From contig OZ249436.1 in assembly GCA_965235115.1 (NCBI GenBank), positions 10,480,001 to 10,544,000 on the forward strand: a DNA stretch of 64,000 nucleotides, given 5' to 3'. Position numbers and translations under genes: made by a program. Below, piece after piece: positions 14,701 to 27,540 of this stretch (position 1 is its first letter; each line of letters opens with the position of its first letter). The DNA is from Laetmonice hystrix. Taxonomy: Eukaryota. The notes beneath the pieces are model-generated. The model searched no databases, had not been told where the DNA came from, and was given only the letters and a program-made list of their open reading frames with translations.

Positions 14701-17700
14701 AGGGCGGAATGGCGCGGGTATTCTAACTAATCCTTTACCTCCTAACAATCGAATTTAATAACGATAAACAAAATCTAAACTCTTGATTGCTAGAAGATGA
14801 TGTCACTGTCTCCGTGATAAATGCTACTCAGTGATCTGAGTATAAGTTGTTAGGTAAAACATGTAGTACCTTGTCCAACCGTTTACATCGTCTATCCAAT
14901 CATACCCCGATATGACCATTACCCTCATTAAAATATCGTCACTTTTGTAAGAGGGAGTTCTCACCGCCTTCTTAGGTTGAAGACAGGAAAATGGTCTTGT
15001 ACTTTTCGCCCCTATGGGACTGAAATATGTTTTGGCCGGAATTGAAGAAAGGGGGAATCGAGAATGCGGTGAGTTAGGGCTGTGATGTGCGGACGTAGTA
15101 TTCCCATGGAGGGAGGGATTCATAGGGGTTATCGGAGTCGATTTCTCTCCTGACATGGCCAGACATCTGGTTTGGTGCATTTGGAAATGGGAAGAATGAT
15201 TTGGTGAGATGGTGCATGCTGCCATGCACAGGCACCATTTATGATGCCAATTTGACAAGCTTGGTTGAAGGCAACGGTCTGACGAATGCCCTTCCTGTCC
15301 CAAAACACTGGCACAAAGTCTGCCAGAGACGGCAGAACCTGCAGTTAATAAAACCACGGAGGGGCTTCAAGCTGAAACCGGTGTCTTGTCCTGTTGGGTT
15401 TTATTATGTAAGAGTAGAAGCACTTCTGTAGCTGCATCCAAGCATCCTGAAATATGGTATGAGGTAGGGTCTCTCCTCCACACATCAACCCTCATTGTCA
15501 GCCTTCCGTAAGGATGTCCAACAATCGGGGCCGGTGTCAGAGACGCTTTGTTCAAGATCTCGTGTAGTCTAGCCAGGAAGATAAGAAAAGCGCCTGCTAA
15601 TGTTGTCTTATACGGTAGGGGGTTGATTTATCCGACATGTTTAACTCGCCAGTAGAGAGTGCAGAGATCAGGTTAGATTAGTATCATTATGTCTTCAAGT
15701 GATGTTTAGTTGTAATTACACAACCCGAGTTTCTGTATTTCTGAGAGAGAGTGATGTTTGGACCAAATATTGAAAGCTCAAATCTTTAGACAGATATTTT
15801 TGTTGGGTCCAGTAACTGCTGTTCTTTATCTAACCTGGGAGCAGCTGGCCCACCCATTCCTTGTTGAAATCCTCCACATTTGACATGCGTTTCAATCTTT
15901 TCAAAAGAGGACTCTCAGCAGCAGCAGCAGCAGCAGCCAAAGCTAACACACGGCTGAACTCCGTGGCTTTGTGGGCCACATACGCATGTTCTCACCTTCT
16001 TCGAAAAGAGAATTCTGCTGGTCTCTCCGTCAGGAAGAGAGTTTTCACCCAGCGTTCCTAGTGGTGGGCTGAGATAGATAGAGATTATTAGCCAATCAGA
16101 GAGCGGTAAGGTTAGATTTAGGGTTAGTCTCAATTTGAAGAAGGAATTCTCATTGCGCCCACCACTCGGCACGGTGGGCGAAAGTCTCTTCTTGAAGAAG
16201 GAGAGACCAAAAGATTTCTCTCTTCTTGAAGAAGGAGAGAACGTGCGTATCGGCTGCTTTGTAAGCCTTGTTTGACGTGTTGTGGGGGGAAGGGTGTACG
16301 TTTAATGTCCTACTGGCCCCAACTTTCAGGTTCCGACGCCGATCCATTCGGACATAGAAATGTCTGAACTGACTTGACCTTCCCCAAGAAAGTCCAGAAA
16401 CTGTAAATCCTGCAGTGTCTGGGTGTTCACTATTATAAGTTAATAAGACAGTTTGAGATTGAATTTTTGGACACAATCCTCGGTTATAACTGCCTGTGTC
16501 TGCGCCGACTGGCGACATAAACCCGCCGCCAGGTGTACTTGATCTTTAACCTGGTATCGTTTGGTTTGTGTGTGATCCCATGACTGACCACCCTCCCTGT
16601 GTCCACAGCCAGACGACAGTGTGGTGGCCGTGGGTATGGCGGACGGCCTCCTCTCTGTCCAGCACCGCAAGCCGTCCACCCAGCTGGAGACGGACACCGA
16701 CCAACGCCGACGGAAGACCAAGAAGGCCTCCGCCAGGTACAAGGTCAGCGCCACCAGTTACATCCCTACCAAGGTAAGTACTGCCCTGCGGTTCATCACA
16801 CAACTCGCGCTACACCACCTCACATACAACGGTACAGACCAAAACCACGCGCTGACCACTGCTGTGTGAACGGCCCTTTACCGTTAGTAGATAGAATCCC
16901 CGGTCGTGTCTCATTTCAGGGACCGTCTGTGAACCGTTAAAGCATAGAGTCTATATTGAACAATATAGACTCTATGGTTAAAGGTAGCTTTGAAAGGGAG
17001 GTAGCCAAGTATCAAAAACAAAAAGGTTTCTTGTTCAAATGTTAGCTGGTGCTTGGTGATGCTGATTAAAAGTTTGCGATTTGTGAGGACATCTGGTTTG
17101 TTCGGGTGAAATCTACCGGTAGTTGTCTACACTTGATGAGAGCAGGATGTCTGTCAATGCATGAATATCACCGCGAGACCTCGGGAAAGTCATAATGGGT
17201 CACTTAATGAAGAGAAATTTGATTGTAGCTACTCTTTTGGATGGGGTGTTAATGATTGGGTTGAAGACTGAGTCACCACCGTCATATTGGTGCCATCTGT
17301 TCAAGTTAATACCACGTAACCAGACGCAGATGTTAGTACGATGCTGTTTTGTTGCAGGATGACATTGTGATTGAACATAAGAGGAAGGAGAGGTTAGCCA
17401 AGTATGACAAGTTCTTCAAGAAGTTTGAATATTCGAAGGCGTTGGATGCAGCCATGGATGTGAGTAGTCAGTGGTGTCCTCGTATAGGTTGATGCTTGGT
17501 AATCGTTTTAAAAATAACATCAGTTGCCGATTGACTATAGCAGGATCCTGACTGAGGGACTTGTACACATCTAGGGCTTGATCATACAAGGTGGTAGATC
17601 GAATATAAAGGAGCTCTGAGGTTAAATTGTATTTGCCACCAATTCGATGCTTTTTTGTAATCTTTTTTTATGATGGTGAAAGGTTGACTAGTTCCTAAAA

Positions 17701-20700
17701 GTTTTCTTTTTAATTTTGAATACAAAATATGTATGAAGTGTATTAAATCTCTTTAAAACAAAAAGGTCGACTGAAAGAACGCCTTTTCAAGAATACCCTA
17801 ATCTGGAAAATCGAATGTTGTCGAAATGAGGGTTCTGTGCGACTTTTCTCTTCAAGACAGTCAGCGTCAGTTAACAGTTTTCTACAGTAGAGAATGCTGA
17901 ACTACTTCCAAACAAATTGTTGTTGTTATTTGACGGTTGAACGTTGGCGTGCCGGTGGGTAAAGTAAACGTAGTTCTGTTGAATACGGTCGCGAGTAGAT
18001 GGCATTTGCTGGTCACCAGGTGGCAGCAGCAGAAAGTGAGTAAAATCCTGGTGACTATAAATATCTGACATCTGGTGAGTCGTGAAGGAAATGACCAAAC
18101 AACCTAGATGATTGGTCAAGGATACCTGGCCAGAGATATGTCGCGAATTGAACTAAAACCTGTACAACCGTAGTAATTATTAAAATTACTTTAGTTATGG
18201 TAGTACGGTTTGGGTTTGTCAAGTAGCTCAGATTGACGCGAGGGAAGGAGATCGGCTTGCATTGATTGAGTGAGTATCAGATTGACGTGAGGGAAGGAGG
18301 TCGGCTTGCATTGATTGAGTGAGTATCAGATTGACGTGAGTGAAGGAGGTCGGCTTGCATTGATTGAGTGAGTATCAGATTGATGTGAGGGGAGGAGGTC
18401 AGCTTGCATTGATTGAGTGAGTATCAGATTGATGTGAGGGGAGGAGGTCGGCTTGCATTGATTGAGTGAGTATCAGCTTGATGTGAGGGGAGGAGGTCGG
18501 CTTGCATTGATTGAGTATCAGATTGATGTGAGGGGAGGAGGTCGGCTTGCATTGATTGAGTGAGTATCAGATTGATGTGAGGGAAGGAGGTCGGCTTGCA
18601 TTGATTGAGTGAGTATCAGATTGATGTGAGGGGAGGAGGTCGGCTTGCATTGATTGAGTGAGTATCAGTCTGATGTGAGGGAAGGAGGTCGGCTTGTATT
18701 GAGTGAGTATCAGATTGATGTGAGGAGGTCGGCTTGCATTGATTGAGTAAGTATCAGATTGATGTGAGGAGGTCAGCTTGCATTGATTGAGTATCAGATT
18801 GACGTGAGGGGAGGAGGTCGGCTTGCATTGATTGAGTATCAGATTGACGTGAGGGATGGAGGTCGGCTTGCATTGATTGGTTATCAGATTGACGTGAGGG
18901 ATGGAGGTCGGCTTGCATTGATTGAGTATCAGATTGATGTGAGGGGAGGAGGTCGGCTTGCATTGATTAAGTCTCAGATTGACGTGAGGGATGGAGGTCG
19001 GCTTGCATTGATTGAGTGAGTATCAGATTGACGTGAGGGGAGGAGGTCGGCTTGCATTGATTATTTATTGACTAGTATATGTTTGCTGTGGACAGATTCG
19101 TGTGCGGATGATGGACCCTGACGTGACGGTAGGAGTGTTACGTGAACTCATCCGTCGTGGTGTCCTCCGCTCAGCCTTGGCTGGCCGCGACGAGCGCTCC
19201 CAGGCCGCCATCATCAAGTTCTTATATAAGTGAGTATCGCCCACAAATGATGCCAAACTTATAGAGGCTGCTGCTCTTCAAGAACAACGGGATTAGTATT
19301 CTTGTCAGATTGTGTGACCCACCCTCAGGCATGCCCTTTTAACCTCTTGATTTTTTTCGTTTCACATTGGCCTACCTTGAAACGGGGGGGGGGGGGGGGT
19401 GAAAAATGACAAGTACTGACTCTCACTCTGTAAACGTTAGGCCGCTTTCATGACGATAGGTATTATCGCCGCCATAATGTCCGAGCAGTGCTCAGCGTAC
19501 TAACCTCGTTTTGTGATCGGTAGTCTGTCGTTCCAGACAGATTTGTAGGCCTGTATAAGTAACAAGTCACTGCATCTCTGAGCCACTTGTGGAGGTAACG
19601 AATATATTGATTCTGTCTGAACGTTTTGTTATGGCACAAACACCTCGGGAATGCGTTTCATGAATATGAAACGAAAATGAATAATTTTCTTGTTCTTGTT
19701 ATTCAGGAATATGGGCAATATCCGGCTGATGCCAACCCTCTTAGATGTATCCAATATGGTCCTAGGTAAGTGTGGAATAGGCCTACGTGTGCTCAGTGTA
19801 GACCTAACATTGCACCATAACGACTCACTATAAGGGGGGGGGGGTTAGTGTGTAGTGCGGGTGAGGAGCAACGGCGCCGGAAGCAAATTATTATAGGGGG
19901 GCAAGATCCGAAGCGAATGTGATAGGCCTAGCTACATGTCAAGTAGGGTGTGGGTGTGTGTGTGTGTGGGGGGGGGGGGTGTAGGTTAACGGGCGAATAT
20001 GCATTTTTTTTCATTCGATATCACATATTATTTGGGGGTGTGTGTGATCCCCCATCAAGATTTTTGGAGGGGGGAGGCGGTCGACCACCTTGCCCCCCCC
20101 CCCCCCGCTTCCGGTGCCTATGGTGAAGAGGGATGTAGGTGCGCGGGATTTATCAAAAACCTGAATAGGTCCTCTATTGGCTTACGAGGACTAGGGAAAA
20201 TAAAATGTTCAATGGTTATGGTTATAAAAAATCTCATCATAGATGACGGTGGTCTCATGATGGGGCAGTCCTCCCCATCACCAAGTACGGTTTGATGAAA
20301 ACATGGGGCGGTGGGTGTTTACGTCGATCCGTGAGACCATTTATAGAACAAGGCCGTGTCGGTGTCATCTGGCGCCATATTTGTGTCGACAATAAAGTTG
20401 ATATCATTGATGGGATATCAGAATCAATGCAACTATCTTGCTGCCTCCATCACAGCGGCCAGCACGGCAAAAAACCCCAGTCTGCCATAGGCTGTTGTGT
20501 TTTGGTAGTAACATGCACCCGGTGTCTAACGTTGTGTTGATTGAAACATGAGGCGGCCGTAGAACACGTCGGAAAACACAAGTTGTGTTTGTGGCGCGTT
20601 GCTGAGGTCTACTCTACCCCCCATCGAGACCACTGTTTACGTCAACATGCCCGTGTCTGTGCCGCCAGTCAACAGGAACAGCCTCGGATGCATGGGTCAC

Positions 20701-21813
20701 CTCCATCCCGTGCTATGTGACCACCACATCATGTGTTAGCAAAATAATCAGCTGTAATATTGGCTGAGGGCCCCGCCACTGAGACCGGAAGCGGGCGCTT
20801 GCCTTGGACAGAAGACATTTGTGGCGGGGCGAGGCGCTGGCCAGGCCAGGCCGCTGTCGGCTCGGCTCGGCTTTCCCTCATAACAGACAGACCAAATGCC
20901 AGTGGGGGGTTCTCATGCTATCAGATATTAACGAGTTTTTTTCTATTAATTTCCTGGGTATATTTGTGTTGGCTGGTGTGTACGTGTTGGGTGTCCGTCA
21001 GTCGGGTGAGGAGAGGTGAGCAGACTATGACGCCTTTGTCCGGTTCCGAGTCAGCCGCTTTCTCAGCAGGCCGCCAGGTGCGCCATCGTCTTCGTTCTCA
21101 AGATGGTCTGTACGCGAGATCAGTAGGCCTAGGCCTACTTTTCAAACAAAGACAAGAAAGGATTCCACAAAATAAATAATAGATTAGAGCTACCATTCCG
21201 TCATTAAAGTGTGGCCCCATGAAAAAACGCAAGGGAATTATCAAAAGCTGTGCCTTAGAAAGGGATAACCCTAGGCCTACACAAAAGGTAGGCCTACTGG
21301 TTATACTAGGAGTAGGCTAGGAGCTTACTGGCTCATCCAGTAGGTGTGTCGCTGACTAGGCCTACCCCATCAGCTTATAGCCTATTAGGCCCCCTAGGTA
21401 CTACATGTAGGCCTAGGCCTAATTCTGTTTCGGTGACGTATTATTTAAATCAGTATCATTTAACCATTTACACCATTTTAAACAGTAGGCTGACTGTTAG
21501 GAGGGTTATAGGCCTATACTATCTGAATCACCCACTGTTAAACAGACTAAGAATGAGTTACTATCTGTTTACAGATATTTACGGCAGTGAGTTAGGAGAG
21601 AGCGCATCGACCGGCGGGTTGTTACGTCAGTTGAGTGAGAAGGTGGACAGCGAGGCCCGTTACATGAAGTCGATGATGGAGATGATGGGCGCCATCGACA
21701 CCATACTGACAGCGGCTGAGACAAGGAATGGTGGACACGGTGAACATGACGAACAATTAAACAATGGCAGAGTATTACAACCGTCAGTGATAGCCTCCGC
21801 CGAGGTTTCCTGA
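2750..21813 (+). CDS. UTP15: U3 snoRNA-associated protein 15 homolog (WD40 + UTP15_C), 3' part only; 5' exons lie upstream of the window
   Basis: Eight GT-AG exons joined with consistent phases: 2750-2875, 10788-10923, 13322-13406, 16609-16773, 17358-17459, 19096-19229, 19707-19765, 21575-21813(TGA). Translation [135 protein letters not shown] matches UTP15 as I recall it. Confidence 0.93.
3300..4560 (-). mobile_element. Possible decayed Penelope-like element (RT C-terminus + GIY-YIG remnant)
   Basis: Minus-strand [28 protein letters not shown] resembles the C..NVVY.L.C..CGKQYVGET motif; weak PPG(RPII) and YRR-like traces upstream. Highly eroded. Confidence 0.33.
6650..9400 (-). mobile_element. 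Decayed Gypsy/Ty3 LTR retrotransposon pol (RT-RNaseH-integrase order)
   Basis: Minus strand: [11 protein letters not shown] (~9190, like RT GYWQVP...D), RNase H-like traces 7740-8100, [23 protein letters not shown] (like integrase Zn-binding region), [10 protein letters not shown], and [10 protein letters not shown] (like integrase FAYN). Order fits Gypsy; no LTRs found. Confidence 0.5.
8231..8604 (+). repeat. ~80-bp higher-order minisatellite (two ~40-bp subunits)
   Basis: Units start 8231, 8310, 8391, 8471; both subunits share CAYCTCAGGCCAA..GGCGCT.ATC. Confidence 0.92.
13574..13861 (+). repeat. 41-bp minisatellite, 7 copies
   Basis: Unit GATGATAATGTAATGTGTATGATCATTTGTGTGGACCYGGC. Confidence 0.96.
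14900..15560 (-). mobile_element. Possible decayed LINE ORF1 (gag-like zinc knuckles)
   Basis: [32 protein letters not shown] resembles eroded CCHC knuckles of I/Jockey-group ORF1. Confidence 0.35.
18228..19062 (+). repeat. 49/45-bp minisatellite (~18 units) ending 33 bp upstream of a UTP15 exon
   Basis: Unit TCAGATTGAYGTGAGGGRAGGAGGTCGGCTTGCATTGATTGAGT(GAGT)A. Confidence 0.96.
19869..20122. mobile_element. hAT-like MITE
   Basis: TIRs CAACGGCGCCGGAAGC / GCTTCCGGTGCCTATG; flanks GTGAGGAG and GTGAAGAG (7/8 match, 8-bp TSD). Confidence 0.65.
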
Positions 21814-22035
21814 CGTAAGTGGTGTCAAAATGACGGCCTTCCGCCTGCTTCATACAAAGGTATTCATCCAGCAGTGATACATTCTGTCTGGGACAGGACG
21901 GTGTGAATGCCTAGGCCTATTGCCAATCACTGCCTATAGTATAGGCCCTACTGGCGATTGGTCATCCCAATATTCTTGATGAAATCGAATGTCAGTGAGC
22001 AGGAAGTCCAATTGAATACGCCTATATACAAATGA

Positions 22036-22041
22036 AATAAA
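22036..22041 (+). promoter_or_regulatory. Candidate polyadenylation signal of UTP15
   Basis: First AATAAA, ~220 nt after the stop codon at 21813. Confidence 0.6.
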
Positions 22042-23503
22042 GATGGTTTTATAACATACTTCAGTGAGTTCATTGATCTATTTAGCAGTGATAACTGAAA
22101 ACCTGTTAAAGATTATTATAGAGAAAATTAGAAAATTGGCTTAGGGTTAGATAGGGAAGCAATGGAAATATACAAGTCTTCGCTATATAACAGGAGCAGA
22201 ACGTTATAGTTTGGCGGAATAAAATTGCCAGGAAATGAAGGTGGCGTAGGCCTTTTTGAACTATTCTAGACCTAACAAAAATGTTAGCTCAAATTTATGT
22301 TGCCCCAGCATTTCTGCCACCTCCCAATGTCGTTAGTGGCCAACTCGCAAGAAAAAAGGGTTTCCAGGCCTGAATATGGTTAGCAAAAAAGTAAGAACTG
22401 TTAATAGGCTCAAGGACGGTTACGAATCGCCGTACCTTCACCCACTAGTCCCAGCCTGTCGGTCTGTCTACAGCGGAAGTCTGAACCGGGATTGCTGCCA
22501 CCTGGTGTCTAATATGTGGACTATAATGGTCACGCAGAGCTGCCATCTTCTGGTCTGTGCATACACCTAAAATTAGATTGGTATGTGAAGTAATTTCGCC
22601 GGTCGTTCATAGAACGCCATGGCTTTCACTGAATGAACTAGATATTGCTAAACTACGTATACATGTTTATTACTAGTAGTCGAAGGGTTAATGAGATGGG
22701 CTTACTTGGCCTTGTAACCTGGATCAACACTTTAAAGAGTTAGAGAGTAGGCCTAGGCCTATTGTGCGACCACCAAACGAGGAAATAAGGTGTCTCAGAG
22801 GCCTACTGGTACAGTGCCATACCACCAGGGCTTCAGATCAAGGGCGGCTAACAATAAAGATTTAAACCTTTACAAAGCGTAACTTATGATCATGCTTATA
22901 GTGTACAGGCGCGTAGATCCCTATAAGCACCAAAACACGTGCTTACACTTTATTTTGACGACGATTTTTTTTTTACAGAAAATAGAAATTTACTAATGTG
23001 GCCATGAATTTACATACCGGGTATTTACCAAGGAAGGTGGTTGGGTGCACTGATCAGCAAGCCGCCGAAATCTTTTGTTCGTGGGTTGGTCACGTCAGAA
23101 TATTATGTAGCCTAACTAGGACAATGTCATCTTTTGGGTGTATACTTCTTTTTTATTTTCTGTTTCTCAATATTGACGGGTTGGATAGGCAACTGTATCA
23201 CTTTAGTCTTCCCCACCAAAAAAATCACCAGTCTGCTCTGTAGCAACCACTTTTGTCATTTGTACCACTTTTGTCACAGGTCACCACTTTTGTCGCACAA
23301 AATGCCCACTTTTGTCACAGGTCACTACTAATGCGTAGGCTCGCAAGTTATAAAATTTGAAATCGTTAAAAGAAAAGGCCGGAGAAGGCGTGTAAATGTA
23401 TTTTCAACTTTTTCATTTCATTTTGAACGAAAGGGGATCCTCCCAGCCAGGTCTGCTTCGGGGCGCCGTGCATAGTAGTAGTAGTAGTAGTATAGAATGT
23501 AAG

Positions 23504-23601
23504 TGAGAGAGAGCGAGAGCGAGAGAGAGACAGACCGACAGACGGAGACAGACAGAGGGGAAAGAGAGATGGGGAGGGCGATAGAGGGAGGGAGAGAGAG
23601 A

Positions 23602-23645
<44 letters not shown>

Positions 23646-23682
23646 AAAGGAGATATGGGGAGAGAGAGGCAGAGAGGGAGGC

Positions 23683-23753
<71 letters not shown>
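23504..23753 (+). repeat. (GA)n microsatellite / purine tract
   Basis: Interrupted GA run, pure over ~23693-23753. Confidence 0.97.
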
Positions 23754-23757
<4 letters not shown>

Positions 23758-23769
23758 AAAAAAAAAGAA

Positions 23770-26700
23770 AAGGTGAACTTGGTCTTAGTCGACTAGATTC
23801 GTTCATCCTACCGTTCGAAGATCTGGCGTCTGAGACAACACGTGATAACCCAATGGTAGCCGCCATACGGAACTATGCCACAGATCGACCCACTGACGGG
23901 GAACGGGTTGTATTGCTACATCCCTTTAGAAGAGTCGTATCGCACTTTTCTCAGCCTTGCACCCTCCCGGCTCCAAGTGGATACTGTGTGACTCATCATA
24001 CTGTCAGTGTTTGAACCATCAGCACGTGTTGCCAGACTACGACCGAACGTGGACCCATGCAAGCTCCTTCCAACCCATCAGCCAGTTCATGGGAGACAGA
24101 CCCGAGTCTATCTAAGCGATACTTTCAGACGTGACCGTTCACTGTACATGTGACCAGTGGTTTCGTGGCTTTATATAGTGGGGAGGTCAAGCCGGACCTC
24201 CAGAGTGGTGTCCAACACAACCACATTGTTTTAGTAAGATAAAAACATTTTACAGGCAATAACCAAAGCCCTGGAGGTGTAGATCCCGTCTGTAGCACTA
24301 CAAATAGGGTGACCATCCATAGTTTCTTCCTGCAAGTTGATTTTCTTAAAAGATATTAATAACAATGGTAAAATCAGGGCAGCATGGACAATGAGGCACG
24401 TGACACCGACGTTCTGCATACGACAGTCGTCACCAAGCGTCAAGGTCCACATAGTTACAGTCATTTATATACAAATTAGGATCTCACCTCCAAAACCAAT
24501 TGCCTACATGGCTGTATTTTAGTGGGTTCTTTACCACAAAGCAATATAAGTGAACACCGACTTAAACATCAGAAGGTTTTCCAGGTAGAACAGTATTTCA
24601 TATTAATCAAGACACCATTTCCACCGTCCTGTCTGTCCAAATGAAAACAAGGTGCTACAACAAAGCATGTCTGGCGGCGTCATACTGTGTACAGGTAAAA
24701 CTGTTGACTGTAACTGACTGACTGACGTACAGAGTCACCGGCGTGAGGTGTGACAAACAAACCTGGAGAATAGAAACCACTAACTGTTATTTATAGCACA
24801 AGAATGTATTAGATCAGGGCGTATACTGGCATATCTTTCTCCTACTCTATTTACCACACAGATCTTGCTTACTTTCATACAGTAATTCAATAATTATGCC
24901 CAATGGTTAATTAATTAATTATTGTTTGTTCATGAAGGAGTAAAAGTTTTAATAACAACTAATGCAATGTGTGCCCCTGATTGCATGGATCTGTAGCTAT
25001 ATTCGTAAACCATCTCATTTCTGCCATGCTGTCTTTTTTGGCCTTTACAAGTTTGACAAAACCGGTCAAAAATTATGACTAAAGTAATGTCCTTAAGAAC
25101 GACAAAAGTGGGCGACGTTGTGACAAAAGTAGTGACCTGTGACAAAAGTGGGCATTTTGTGTGACAAAAGTGGTGACCTGTGACAAAAATGGTAAAAATG
25201 ACAAAAGTGATTGTTACACTTCTGCCATAATATTTATTCCAAATAATAAAAATGATCATCAAAGTGTCCATAAAGAAGTGTATAAGAGCCTTCAATATCA
25301 ATAATGATCTTGGGGGGCTCATAGCGCCCCCCGAACGCCCAGCCTCGAATCCTCAGCCTGTCCTCAGCTATAGTCGCAAGGGCAATTTGCCACAAAGGTT
25401 TAATTTACCATGGCAAAATTAATGAAGTACTACTCCCTTCCAGGATCAGATGTCCCACCCCCAAGTATAAAGGTTACAGAGATCTTGCAGGCAAACGTCA
25501 CCGGGTTATCCAGAAGGGGGCGCCTCCCACTGCACTGCCACCATATGGCTAGCCATGGAATCACCAAGTACACTTTCACTGGCGGCCAGGCACCTGTCGC
25601 GCTTCGTGGATAGATAGGAATCTGCAGTGTTACACCAAAAAGAATTGCAGAATAAATATTTGACAAAAATAGACATCCTTGGGTTGTCTCACTGCTGTTT
25701 GTCTCGGTTTTCAGGTCGTTTTTTTGTGTGATTTAATCTCTGTGTACAAGGTGCTGGATCGGCACTTGCTGCCTCGGCGTTGTAACTCGGGCTTTCTGTA
25801 TGGGGGGGGGGGGGGGGGGGGCGCTAGCGCATAGTACCTTCACAGCCACAGGAAGGAACAACTGAGAGTCGGCTTCGACCAGGGTAACGCAACCAATCGG
25901 ACAGCTCGGACAAGGAAAAAGAGATCATAAACGCCATGACATTTCATGTTTCCATGCGTTTATTGTCGAGGAGGCAGGAGATACCTTTGGTGGATAGTCT
26001 AAGGCTATCTCATCTGTTTCCACTACAGGCCCTGTATAGAGTTTACGCGTCTGACTATCTCCTCAGCTATAGTAGCAAGGGCAATTTGCCGCAAAGGTTT
26101 AATTAACCATGGCAAAATTAATGAAATACTACTCCCTTCCAGGATCAGATGTCCCATCCCCAAGTATAAAGGTTACAGAGATCTTGCATGCAAACGTCAC
26201 CGGGTTATCCAGAAGGGGGCGCCTCCGACTGCACTGCCACCATACGGCTGACCATCTAATCACCAAATACACGTTGACTGGCGGCCAGGCACCTGTCGCG
26301 CTTCGCAGATAGATAGGAATCTGCAATGCTACACCAAAAATTGCTTCATTTTTGATACATCAAATTTACATAACGCCTGCAAAATCATAATTTTTAGCCA
26401 GACGTTTAGAGAATCGTCTCCGCAACGTTGATCAATCAAGGTGACTTAAAGTATGTAGGCATAACGTTTGGCGATACCTTACGTCGAAAGCAAGATGGCG
26501 TCGGTCGTCGTAACCCTAGATTTCATAATTTTTTATTAATATCTTCTAATAGAAATTATTTACACTAACAATATATGGATAGTCGTTGCACTTTTAGTCC
26601 CACAGACAACATATCCAAATCCAAGGTTTTGGTTGTGGCTACAAAATGCTTATATCTTATCATAAACAAGGTGATTGTGCCGGACACCACTCTGGAGGTC

Positions 26701-27123
26701 CAGCTTGACCTCCCCACTACATAAAGCCACGAAACCACTGGTCACATGTATAGTGAACGGTCACGTCTGAAAGTATCGCTTAGATAGACTCAGGTCTGTC
26801 TCCCATGAACTGGCTGATGGGTCGGAAGGAGCATGCATGGGTCCACGTTCGGTCGTAGTCTGGCAACACGTGCTGATGGTTCAAACACTGACAGTATGAT
26901 GAGTCGCAAAGTGTCCACTTGGAGCCGGGAGGGTGCAAGGCTGAGAAAAGTGTGATACGACTCTTCTAAAGGGATGTAGCAATACAACCCGTTCCCCGTC
27001 AGTGGGTCAATCTGTGGCATAGTTCCGTATGGCGGCTACCATTGGGTTATCACGTGTTGTATCAGACGCCACATCTTCGAACGGTAGGATGAACAGATCT
27101 AGTCGACTAAGACCAAGTTCACT
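23770..27123. mobile_element. Long inverted-repeat pair (probable non-autonomous DNA transposon arms)
   Basis: 23770-~24240 is the reverse complement of ~26650-27123 (GTGAACTTGGTCTTAGTCGACTAG end); weaker similarity continues ~130 bp inward. A third arm lies at ~29630-30053. Confidence 0.75.
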
Positions 27124-27540
27124 TTTTTTTTTAAATAATTCTACTCTGATACCTTTAATAACTGATCTAATTGCCAAGTGATGCCTAGGTCAGTCTCATA
27201 AAGCAGATGGTCCTCTCAGACAGGAAGCCGTTTCACTGAAAGGCGTCCGTCTTTGACCGAGTCAGTCGTAAGGTACGTCAACTGAACGCCCCCCCCCCCC
27301 CCAAATCCCCACAACCTCATGGTGGCCCCCAAGGTTAATTAAGGAAATGACAAGGAAAAAGATATCACAAACGCTGTGACATTTCATGTTTCCATGCGTT
27401 TATTGTCGAGGAGCTCAAAAATTACAATTAGCTCAAAAAATGAATTTTACCGACCACTTTGAAAGATAATAGGGGCTATTTGGTTTAAAAACTACCGGGA
27501 TAGAAAAGTGGCAATTTCAGTCTTTAGCAGCGTCGCCCGT

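Noticed and set aside
18754..19019. ORFs with 15-aa repeats (also 8129-8596, 2038-2292, 30517-30816)
   Set aside because: Artefacts of minisatellite periodicity.
2078..19062. Tandem arrays as CRISPR arrays
   Set aside because: Units are contiguous with no unique spacers, there are no cas genes, and the context is eukaryotic introns.
20760..21179. 139-aa ORF in the last UTP15 intron
   Set aside because: Starts at TTG, no recognisable motif; GC-rich sequence that is probably repeat-derived.
2876..21574. Intronic snoRNAs in UTP15
   Set aside because: No convincing C/D box pair with terminal stem or H/ACA structure seen by eye; needs an Infernal/snoscan run.
23366..24014. ORFs of 166, 97 and 119 aa
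   Set aside because: Translations of the (GA)n tract and of a repeat arm.
26340..26820. Tyrosine-recombinase-like reading (PTPSCFRRK) on the minus strand
   Set aside because: Many stops that are largely shared between copies and no catalytic motif set; it looks like non-coding transposon sequence.
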